Source: Phyllosticta citribraziliensis
Lineage: Eukaryota
Direction: 5' to 3'
DNA: 64,000 nt
Assembly (NCBI RefSeq): GCF_038025025.1
Contig: NW_027117348.1
Location: 1,550,001-1,614,000, forward strand
Shown: positions 41,273 to 51,746 of the stretch, one piece after another
Layout of the letters: the number at the start of each line of letters is the position of its first letter
How positions within the stretch are numbered: position 1 is the stretch's first letter
Made by a program: the position numbers and the translations under genes
The notes under the pieces: generated by a model
The model's database searches: none
What the model was told of the DNA's origin: nothing
What the model saw: the letters and a program-made list of their open reading frames with translations, nothing else

Positions 41273-42446
41273 ATGCCCGCGCTCGAGTATCAGAATCACG
41301 TTCTGATGGATGGCCATCCGGAGCCAGTCTTTTGCACATTCTCCTTGACCCATCCGAGGATGCCCCAGCCGCCAGACGCGCTGCTTCAAGCCGACCCTCT
41401 CAAATACCTCAAGACCTTCCTCGTCCTCCTCCGCCCGTCCCGCATGCGCGAGAGCGAGCATGATTACAGCCCCATCAACTCGGACCTCATCTCCACCGAC
41501 GACCGCAAGCAAACCATCGCCTGGATCAGCCCCAAGCTCATCAGCATCATGAACGACAACGCGGAGCTGGAGCGCCAGGTCAAAAACCAAGGACCCCGGC
41601 GCACCAAGGTCCTCAGCTCCGACGTCTACCAGCCCATCACGCTGCACAAGATGCGCGCCGAGAAGTGGAGCGGCAGCGACTTTGCCTTTTGCCTCACCGA
41701 GGCCATGAAGCGCCTGCCCAAGGAGGAGATCAAGAACACGCGCTTCATGGTGCGTCTGGGCCGCAACCCGCTGAATGGCGTTGCTGCCCGCTGCGCCGCC
41801 GACACGACGAGCCACCTCGGCCTCAGTATGCGCGCCTGGATCAACGCCCGCTGCCTCAATGGCAACGGCTCGCGCATGAACCTGCTGTGCAAGCCCATCG
41901 ACGACCCCGACATACGCAACCACGCCCTCGCTCTGGAGGCCGCGCCGCAGCCGTCCCGTTCTTCATCGGCGCGCGCGTCGACTCCTCAACAGCTGCCCCA
42001 GGCCCAGCCTCAGCCTCAGCCCAAGTCGAAACCCCAGCCGCAGCCGCAGCCGAAGCCGAAGTCGAAGCCCAGAGGCAAGAAGAGGCGCTCCCTCGCTTCT
42101 AATCTCGACAGCGACGTCGACGACGACAGCGACCACGCCAGCGACTCGGACTACGCGCAGCCGCCGCGCAAGAAGACGGCCACGGCCACGGCCACGGCCA
42201 CTCCACCCAAGCCCAATCCCAAGTCCAACCCCAAGTCCAACCCCGTCAAGGCTCAGCAGCAGAAGCCGCGCGCCGGTCCTCGCGCTCCCGGCAGTCCAGC
42301 AGCCGCGGTCGCGCGTCCCACCTGCCCCTCGACGCCGGCTGGCAAGCAGATCCAGGTCAAGGAGGAGATGTGGTCGTCGTGCGTGTTTACACCTCCTATT
42401 CTTCTACGTGCGGGCAGTTGGCTAATGCGTTCGTTGTAGGGCTTGA
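41273..42446 (+). CDS. Hypothetical protein with low-complexity P/Q/K tail and NLS-like motifs
   Basis: ACCATG at 41273, downstream of TTTATAAA near 41187. GC3-rich codons. KPRGKKRR and PPRKK motifs. Probable intron 42379-42439 giving ...EEMWSSA*. No family recognised. Confidence 0.65.
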
Positions 42447-42808
42447 TTGCGGTATTGCTTTGCTCTCTGCATGTGTTGGCGGCGGCGTTGGACGAGGCCG
42501 TAGGCGCGGACGTTGGCGTTGGGTGGTGGGGTGTCAAGGTGTCGGCGCCACACGTTAAAGCGGTGACGGGGTTTTTTTCTCCTTGGTCTTGGGGAACGGA
42601 TTTGTGGTCCTTGAACACGGCATGGAGACCGGGAGTTTGGGGGTGCACGATTGGCTGCGCTGGCCGAATTGAAAGGAGTGAACGACGTTGGAGAAGGCGG
42701 CTCTGGGTATACAAGGTCTCTGCTAAATGAGGTGCGGTTCGAGTACTCAAACCAACTTTTGTTCCTTTCTTTACTTTTATCATCACGTCATTCGTGCAGC
42801 AGCCCGTT

Positions 42809-44095
42809 TCACGTCGAAGCCTTGAATTGGCCCGCCGGCCTGTCTCTGAGCAGGCGCATCACATCGGACACGAGATACAGACTACCTGCAACCACCATGG
42901 GCGCGTCTCCGCCGCTATTACTTGCAATCTTTGCACCCGTCTCCAACCCCCGCTGGACGTCAGGGCCCGCAGCAACGGCCTCGTCGAGCTTGACCAGCTG
43001 GTTTGCCGCAGAGACGACGTCCGCGGCAGGCGTGGGAGTGACCCAGGGCATCCCGTCTACGGGGCCGAACTCGACGGCTACGAGCGAGTCGCCGTCTTTG
43101 AGCAGCGGCCGGAACATTTCCGACACGTCCTTGCCGCGACTGACGGCGAGGACCCAGACGACGTGGCCTGGCCCCTTCTGCCGGAGCGAGTTTACGCGGC
43201 TTGCGAGTGCCAGGGCAGAGTCTGCGTTGTGGGCGCCGTCTAGCAGCACGGGAGCGGAGCGGCCGGTGATTGGGCTTAGATCGATGCTCTGCAGGCGTCC
43301 CGGCAACACCGTGTCTGTGAGGCCGTAGAACAGACTGAGTTCGTTGGCGGGCTTGCGGCCGAGGGCTTCCAGCGCAAGACAGGTAGCCTTGTGAGCACAG
43401 CCAATGTTGAGGAGCTCGTGCGGCGCATACGTCCTCGCCTGGAGAAACTTGGAGTACTCCGAGTCGCTCTGCGGCGCGCTGGGTAGGCCGTCGACCTGGT
43501 AGATTGGTCCAGCCAAAGTCTCTTTTGCGCGCTCCGAAATGACTTGCAGGACAGAGGGCGGATTGGTGCCAGCAACCACGCACGGCACGCCAGGCTTGAG
43601 GATGCCGGCCTTTTCGGCAGCAATCTTTTCAATCGTGTCGCCCAAAAAGGCCTGGTGGTCGAGGCCAATCTTGGCAATGACCGTCACCAAGGGGCTCTGC
43701 AGGACGTTGGTCGCGTCGAGACGGCCGCCCATGCCCGTCTCGATGACGCCCACATGGATGCCGGCGCGGGTGAAAATTTCAAAGGCAGTGGCCGTCAGAA
43801 CTTCAAACTCGCTGGCGTGGATGCCCTCTTGCTCGCTGCGGCTCTGGACCAGGCGCTCGATCTCGCGGAAGAGCGACTCGGCGACGGGCTCTTCGTTGAT
43901 GTTGATGCAGTCCCAGCGGTCGACCAGGTGCGGTGAGGTAAAGCGGCCGTGTGATACGCCAGCCCTATGCAGCATGGCCGAGGCTGTGGCGCAGATGGAG
44001 CCTTTGCCGTTGGTGCCGGCCACGTGAATGGCCTTCCATGGCAGCGGAGTGTTTGCAAGCAGCCGGGTGATGCGCGCGAGGCCCAGCTCAATCAT
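42809..44095 (-). CDS. FOL3: Dihydrofolate synthetase (FolC/FPGS family)
   Basis: MIELGLARI, IHVAGTNGKGS, FTSPHL, IETGMGGRLDATN, IGLDHQAFLG, LLDGAHN, VAGSLYLV. Intronless 428-aa ORF. Confidence 0.93.
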   Translation of the reverse strand: MIELGLARITRLLANTPLPWKAIHVAGTNGKGSICATASAMLHRAGVSHGRFTSPHLVDRWDCININEEPVAESLFREIERLVQSRSEQEGIHASEFEVLTATAFEIFTRAGIHVGVIETGMGGRLDATNVLQSPLVTVIAKIGLDHQAFLGDTIEKIAAEKAGILKPGVPCVVAGTNPPSVLQVISERAKETLAGPIYQVDGLPSAPQSDSEYSKFLQARTYAPHELLNIGCAHKATCLALEALGRKPANELSLFYGLTDTVLPGRLQSIDLSPITGRSAPVLLDGAHNADSALALASRVNSLRQKGPGHVVWVLAVSRGKDVSEMFRPLLKDGDSLVAVEFGPVDGMPWVTPTPAADVVSAANQLVKLDEAVAAGPDVQRGLETGAKIASNSGGDAPMVVAGSLYLVSDVMRLLRDRPAGQFKAST

Positions 44096-44424
44096 GTCTG
44101 GATTGTGGACACAAGGGCGGTGTTGTTTGGTGCCGTGGGTGCGAGAGCGGAGAATGGAAGCATCTGAGGTCGTCGAGCTTCCTTCCCGCTCCGGCTGTGC
44201 CTGAGTCAGGCTCGCGATTGGCCGGCGGTCCGTGCCAGGCTAGTCCCGTTTGGGCCGTCTCACCCCGGATTGTCGCTTGTCGCGATGGTTCGTTTCTCTC
44301 TACAATCTCCTCCCACTCCCCAGCTTCCATCCCCTTAGCCCGTCCTGCCCATCGCCTGCAGTCGCTGCATTGTCGCTCGTTTCTCCGCACCCCTTTGCGC
44401 CACCGAAGCCGCCGATTTCCAGCC

Positions 44425-46257
44425 ATGGGCCTTGAGTGAGTAGCCCACGCGCCTCGCGGGCCGGTGCACGCGCGTCGCGCGCAGCTCCAGCCTCACATGC
44501 GCTCCGCTCCGCCTGAGCGCATCCACTTCCATCAGCTCCGTGGCTGACATGTACTGCGCAGACTCTGGAGCTACTCCAACGACTCGCCGCGCAAGGCGTG
44601 CGCGACCAAAGCGGACCCGGCGGCCCTGTCGCGTTCCCCCATCCGTCGCCGCCATGCTCCGCCCGTGATCCGCCGTACCATCGATCTCCGCCGCATCCCG
44701 CCATCCTCATTCGTCTCTCCCTCCGTCCGCGACGCCTTGGCCGCTGCGGACGCAACGAGGCGCTCTCACAGTGTCGAAACCGCATCTCCGCCTGACTCGG
44801 AAGAGTCTGATGAGCCGCCGCGCTTGGAAGATGCGTCGGTCCGCCGCGAGCCTGCAGACCTCCATGTGGACCGGCGCTATCTTGGCATGGATTTGACTTC
44901 GCGCCCCTCGAGAGACTCCGACGCCAGAGACGTTGATGGACCTGCCCGGTCTTCACTCCAAACGGGTGGCTCTGCTAGGGCAACAAGCACCAGTGGCATT
45001 GGTCCTCTCCGGCGCGCCCGCCCGCTTCGTGACGACTCCCTTGAAATTGCCAGACGCGCCGTCAACAGGCGATCGGCTTACCTTTCAGGGCGTCAGAGAT
45101 TGCCGCGCCCACATTCCGACCACACTGGTGAAGAGGCGTACCGAGAACGCCGCGCTGCCAGGAGGGAGGCCAGAGAGATCGCAGAGATTCTCGAGAGGGC
45201 GCGAAGTAGTGTACGTCCCGAGAGATCCACAGCCCAAGTTTGGGTGCCGGAAGCCGCGGACTTTCCACCTTTGAGACGCATGGGTCGACGTCAAGTCACT
45301 GACGGACCACTACCTCCTAGCGGCTTGCGTCAGAGCTCTCTCCGCGAGTCTTGGGGTCCGGGCAACGTGGATGGCCTTGGTGACCGCGAGCGGAGCGTGA
45401 GCTCTCCCCCGTCTGACCACTGGGAGACGATGCTCACGACAATTACACCTGATCCCCAACTCCCAAGCGCACATTCGTCGTTCACGTCGGCCGCTGCGTC
45501 TGCTTCATTCTCTACATCCAACACGACTTCCCAGGCTGGGACTCAGTCTACGCGCTCGGCTTCGGATGGCTCTACACCGACTGACCTCACTGAGCCGATG
45601 ATACAAGGAGGCTGGGAGGAACAGCTGTTTTGCGAATCTGATGAAGATTATGACGGGCAGGTGGTTGAACGCTTTCCCGGGTTTGATGACCTCGATGATG
45701 ATCAAGGCTCTCGTCGCCGCACAGAGCAGCGAGACCGCAACGTCTGGACGGCTGCTCCCTCGCCTCCAGCCCGCAACCCCGGTCGTTACTCTTCGGATGC
45801 GCACTCGCGCTTGCGAGAAATCACCAACATCATCCAAAACTACAACACAGACCGTGCGCCATCTGCCTCTCGCTCGCAGTCCCCGAGATCGCGCAATCAC
45901 GTGCCCGACGTCGTTGACGGGTTCATTGACGCTCCGGCAAATGATGACAGACGCGACAGTGCGGCCGTTGTCCCCAATGTGAGCAGACCGGGGTCCGCTC
46001 AAAATGAGCGGAATGAGCGGAGCCGAGAGGCCACGGCGGAGCAAGAGTCGTTTGACATGTACATTGTCGACCCGGACGATCCAGACCAGAGGCCAAACAG
46101 GGTGCCGACACACTCGCTACACGCACCGGACGACCAACCGCGAGGGCGCGACTACCTGCGCGCAATCGCTGATCATCTAGGATTGGAGCACGGACGGCTC
46201 GCGCAGGAGGATCGCAGTGCAGATGACATACTCGACGAGATACTCGACGGAGCGTGA
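44425..46257 (+). CDS. Hypothetical, largely disordered protein
   Basis: ATG at 44425 (MGL), GTGAGT intron to about 44561, then in frame with ORF 44665..46257. Contains DGLGDRERSVS...WETMLTTITPDPQLPSAHSSFTSAAAS, a block I recall from uncharacterised Pezizomycotina proteins. Confidence 0.75.
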
Positions 46258-47666
46258 CCAGGCCGGTGTATGACTTTTTGACGGATTCTGATTCCGTTCG
46301 CAGCAGAGGCGTGGCGGCTCTGTGGAGTGGGAATAGGCCCCGGAGCCTACGGTTTGAATCGACCCAAATGGACGATGCTCATGCGGCAAGTCTGGGCTTT
46401 TGATCTTTCATCTTGCGGAACAGCAGGCGTCCTGAGAATGGTTTGCTTTTCTTGGTTTGTGTTGCAAAAGTTGATGGCCGAATGAGGTGCGGTCTTGGTT
46501 TTGCCTACCTATCAAAAGTTGCGATGCGGTAATTCACAGACGGCCTTGGACAACTTCATGTTGGTGGTTTTTTCATCGGGAGCGGTTTTGGGCGTTTAGA
46601 CATTGACCAGAGATTATGCCGATCCGACGAAGCTACGGCTTGCGAGCTTTTGAATAGCTGACGAACGAATGAGACGAATTGAGATTTACGCACGTCCTGG
46701 CCTTTCCTGAGCACGTTGGCTTTTGAATCTATGTATCCAAGATGGTCGTGCTGTATTGTAATTATGTGTCTTCCCAACGTAGGGGAGCTGAGAGTGGATG
46801 ACTGCTCAACCAATCAGGTTGCTCCATGGCGGCACGCTGGCGCTGCTGGCCAACGCAGGCGAGGGATGGGTCTCGATGTCACTTTGCGGAGCAAACTTCG
46901 GCTCTGGTTGGTTCCTTGAGTACATCGTGCCGTGGGGAGCGGGGTAAGGTAGAGCTTCAGCCACACATGACGTTCGTTGTTGGCGCTACTTCCCAGGTGC
47001 TTTCTGTTTGCACCGGCACCATTCAATTGCGGCTGGTGTTTGTGGGTGGCTCTTGTTTGTGTCTGGGCTGTCGAATAAAGAAAGGATGAGCCACGAGCTT
47101 TGGTTTTCTTTGGACTCTTTGGTGGATTGCAGTGGTGCGCGTGTTGTATGGATGTTTTGGGAGTGTGGGCTTTGTTGGTTGTGGTTCCGAAGAAGCTTCC
47201 AGCTCGCAAGCAAGGCACACCTCACTCCACTCAATCCACCTTGCCACGGCAGCCACAGACCAGCAAATGTCGTTTCATGGGATGGTGTCTGTGGTGCCGA
47301 GATGGCATTCCAGTCCAATCCACAGGCATCTTGTTCTGGACTAGCGCTGGGGCATCCCGAGTCCTTACCTGCTTGAGTGCCATTTCGTCATTGGCACGAC
47401 ATTGTCGCTGCTGTGGCTGAAAGGCTGGGGTGGCAGTACCGGTCTGGTACTGGTTGGTAGTAGTCATGATGGCATTTCCTTGAACGGACTGGCCTGGTCG
47501 GGGCTGGGCGGCTGTTGCGTCGTCGTCCTTCCTTCATAAAGACCGTCATTCTCGTCACTCCATCAACCACCATTGACCTCGTTGACCTGTCTACCTTCAG
47601 CCTCTCACGACCACCACCTCGCTGCTCTACGTTCGACACTCAAACAAACACTTGACCTTCATCATC

Positions 47667-48291
47667 ATGGCTACGCTCCACTGTACGCCGTCCCCCTCTC
47701 TCACCATCCCTTTGCCCACCCTCTCCATCACCTCAACCACGGCACACATCGCTAACAGCACGCCCAACAAACAGACCTCCCGCCCGTCAAGCCCAGCGCC
47801 ATCGCCTTCGGCACGGCCTACACGCACGCCATCTCGCTGGCGGTGCTCGGCCCCGTCTTCGGCTCGGCGTACCGCGAGGCGCAGCGCGCCAACACCAAGG
47901 AGGAGTTCTTCCGCAGCAAGGAGACGGCGACGGCGGCCGCCAGCTGGGGCAGCAGCGTGCTGGGCGGCGTCGTGCAGACGTACGGCGTCGCGGCCCTCAT
48001 CAATGCCACGGGCACTCTCAGCTACAAGGGCGCTGCGTACCTGGGCAGCTTGGTGTTTTTGGCCAGCTCTGGCCCCTCGGTAAGTCTTTGTCTTTTCTGT
48101 TTTTCTGTTCTTGTTCTTGTTCTGGTTTTTGCAAGTGCTGATGTGTGGTTTTGCAGTTGATCTCGGCTTTCATCACTGAGAAGCGTCCCCTCGACACCAT
48201 TGCCGTCGGCACCCTCACGCGCCTGGCCGAGACGGTCGGCCTCAGCTTGATCCTGACGTACTGGGGCACCCGCACCAATCCCTTTGACTAA
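47667..48291 (+). CDS. Small multi-pass membrane protein, DUF1761-like
   Basis: Spliced MATLHYLPPVKPSAIAFGTAYTHAISLAVLGPVFG...TLSYKGAAYLGSLVFLASSGPS/LISAFITEKRPLDTIAVG...WGTRTNPFD*. Two canonical introns. Confidence 0.8.
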
Positions 48292-50425
48292 ACGCGTGCT
48301 TGCGCAGTGACGACGGAGGAGGAGAATACCAAGGCAGATGGTGGTGGAACCTGCCGTTGCTAAATGAGTGAGAGGGTGGGTCTGGGATTTGCGGCGTTGT
48401 ACGAACATCAGGGAAATACATGCGATTCAAGAGTGCCATGCTGTCGATCTGCGAATGATGCTGCTTTGCCATGGCGTGATGACGGCAATGTGTGGTGCTT
48501 CGATCGATGGAGGATGAGGGCCGGTCCCGTCACTGCTCGTTCACCCTGACGTCATGGCTCAGCCACGCCACTGCCGCGGCGGGAGGAATCAAGGATCAAA
48601 ACGCTTCCGCAACATCATCCCCATTCAACCACCTACCTTGGCTAGGTTCCTAAAACCTATCCCTGCAGCCGCGGCAGCGCCAAAGACGACGCGTCGAGCC
48701 AAACTACATGTACCACATGTACGTGCAGCAGAATGCTTACGACGCGGCCGTCGCTAATCGAGACAAGTCGACCAGTGCTGTTGTTGGTGTTGTTATTCTT
48801 CGGTTGCACATGCCCCTTTCTCGCGCGCTGCCTGTGTTTTGCCGCCGTGATGCAATACCGGTAGGAGTAGGGGTTGGGGTAGCGAGCCGCGGCACAGTAC
48901 CGTACACGCGTACCGCAGCGCCTGTCGACCTTGCGCTACGCATTGTGAGACGGTTGCCGGGCGGACTAAGGGATGTAGGTAGGTGATTCGGTACTGGAGC
49001 AGGACGACGCAGATGGGGAGGCAGGGAGAAGCGCGCGGAGTCAGGAGTAAGGTAGGCAAGGTCGGTGCGGGAGTATTGCTTTAGGTACCCAGGTAGGAGT
49101 AGATGCAGGTAAGGAGTTGGAGAGATGAGGAGAAGCACGCGAGCAACAGCCAGCCGGCCAGCGCGGACAGAAGAGCGGCGTCAGCTCGCTCGCTCGCTTG
49201 TTTGCCTTGGTGAGCGAGCCATACGGCGGTGCCGTCTACTACGTGCGCAGGCAGCAGATAGATAGTGGCGATTTGAGGCGCGTACCGCGGTTAGTCGTTC
49301 GCGTGTTGGGGGTGGGTACATGTAGGAACCAGAGCGTGGATTTGGGAATGGAGCAGTAATGGCAGTGACAATAAGATCCAGAAATAGAGCCGATACTGTA
49401 TGCGCTCGTACGGCACAGGGGGGGGGCGTCTGCAGCTCGTGGCGTGTTCTGTACGAGTTCCGTCAGGTTCTTGTCTGAGCTGCATGAGGACTGCGGTACG
49501 GTGCGGTGCGGTGCGGTGCGGAGCCGCTGGCCGCGCTGCCTCCCTCCCACTCCTGACCTGACATGCCTGACCAGTGCAAGTAAGAGAGAGAGAGAGAAAA
49601 AGCAGGGCATGGCGCACGCACGCACAGCCTGCCCGCCTGCCTGTGCCAGCTCCTTTTTCGCTGCTGCGTATATAACCCACACATCCCCCCGGTCTTGATG
49701 ACTGCTCCGCTCTCCGTCTTTCCAGTCTCCACCACTGTTCCATCCGGCCTCCCTTCTCCTGCTCCGTCAACAATCATCATCAATACTACCACCATCCCGA
49801 TCCCCATCATCCTACGTCTGCAGATGCCGAGTGCCGCCCCCCGGATCCCACCACCGACGTCTTTTCCGTGGACCACAACTACGCCTTGAACGACCGCTCC
49901 TCGCCGCCGTTTGCTTACCTACTTTGTGAACGCAACGCACCTGAAATCCCCAAATTGCCGGCTCTCCTTGGACCGCTCTTCCCTCCGACCAGGTCATTCA
50001 AGGACCTGGATACCCATGGGCTGAGATAGACCCACCACCAAAAGGCCTCGAAGAAGAATCCAAACGACTCCCGATTCCGCGTCCACTACTCGAACGGCAC
50101 TCTGCTGCGTTGCCGCTCTAGTTCCCGGGTCCAAGCGTTTCATAACCTTTGCTGCCAGGCCAGCAGGTTTTTTTGCCAGACACTGTTTTTGGGTCATTCA
50201 GTTCGGCCCTTTTGCCCGCCCTTTTTCTTGTTCTCTCCTGAAACTCTCGACTGCGGGAGAAAGAAGGCAAGACATCACGCGACACGCTCGGAATTAGTTG
50301 TCCAGCGCCACAACTCGCAACGACAGCACGCAAGATACCTGGCACCACCATCACCATCAGCACACCAGCACATCACCTAAAAGAAAAAGAAACAATCTCC
50401 TCCGTTCCCATTGACCACCGCAATA

Positions 50426-50656
50426 ATGCCTCCCTGGACTTACCTCCCCGCCCTCCCCGTCTCCACCCCCATGCCCGCCGCCCACAAATCCTCAAAGATC
50501 TGGACCGGCAAGAAGACCCTGTCGCCTCCGCCGCCCGACGCTGCGCAGCAGCAGCAGCACCAGCAGCAGCGCGACCAGCAGCGCCCGGAGCCTGCCTCGC
50601 GCGGCGCCTCTGCCGACGACGACGCGGATGCGCGGCATGCTGGCGACGGCCGGTGA
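50426..50656 (+). CDS. Small hypothetical protein (76 aa)
   Basis: ATAATG start context, strongly C/G-ending codons, MPPWTYLPALPVSTPMPAAHKSSKIWTGKKTLSPPPP followed by a Q-rich segment. TATATAA lies about 750 bp upstream near 49669. Confidence 0.45.
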   Translation: MPPWTYLPALPVSTPMPAAHKSSKIWTGKKTLSPPPPDAAQQQQHQQQRDQQRPEPASRGASADDDADARHAGDGR

Positions 50657-51389
50657 TGCGCGAGTGAGCGAGCGAGCTGACCTGGCTGGGTGGCTGGGTG
50701 GCTGGTTCGGAGTGGAGTGGAGTTATTAATTGGATTGGATTGTGTTGGGGTGTCTGAAGTGCCGCTGGGGTGTGAGTCGTGCAGTGGAGTGGATTGAAGA
50801 TCAGGCCGAGCAGCGCCGCTACCGTTGCGGCACCTGTCCGGGTCGTGTCATGTTGTTTGGATCATTGAACGCAGGAGTCTGCGTCGTTGATCGTTGGTCG
50901 GTCGTCGGTCATTTGATGCATTTCGTTCTAGAGATTTAGAGTACTCAACGGGCGTACTTGGTTGTATGTACGTGCGCCAATTGGATGACGCAGCGGCTCG
51001 CCATCTCCTGCTCTGTGGTTTGTTTAGCTGCTGCTCGTCTTCAAGCCAGCCAGCCGGCCGTTGAGTGGACGGAAGATGAGAAAAGGAGAGGAGAGGAGAG
51101 ATCTGTCTGTCTGTGTCAGTTCATCAGCATTTCCACCACATCAACCCCGGCGTCAACCTAGAGAAGAAAAGCCATCATCCTTTTCATCCATTTATACTCA
51201 ACACCAAAATGCAATAACACTGTCCACAAACACCAACCATCAAGCAAAAACACAAAAACACAACCACCAAGCAGTCATTTGTCGTTCGCTGCTTCACCGC
51301 GACAGTCATATGTCGCCCTGCCTTCACCTGCAGGCGCGGCGGCGACGTGTGCTGGTTGCAGTGTGTTGAGGAGGGTGGGAGACGGGGAG

Positions 51390-51714
51390 TTTTATAGGTG
51401 GTGTGGTGGATGTGTGGCGTGCCGTGGGCGGTGGTGAGTGAGGACCTGATGGCGGGTGAGTCAACGGGGTCGTGCGCGTGGCATAGGCACGGGGAGGCAT
51501 GGGGAGGCACGTGTAAGCGCTGGGAGCAGTCATGCGCTGCGCTGTGCTGTGGTAGGCTTGGGGTATAAAACTACACCTCCTTGCGCCCATACCTTTCTCT
51601 CGTCAAAGTGACTTGCGGAGTTGGTCTAACTCACACCTCCTAGCGAGATGCCACTCTTCTGCTCTCTGCAGCATTGATTGCTGCTCGCAATGACTCTTTT
51701 TTCTTTTTTCCTTT

Positions 51715-51746
<32 letters not shown>

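Noticed and set aside
36061..44095. ERG19, CYT2 and FOL3 as a metabolic gene cluster
   Set aside because: Unrelated primary-metabolism genes with no backbone enzyme or pathway regulator; ordinary gene-dense neighbourhood.
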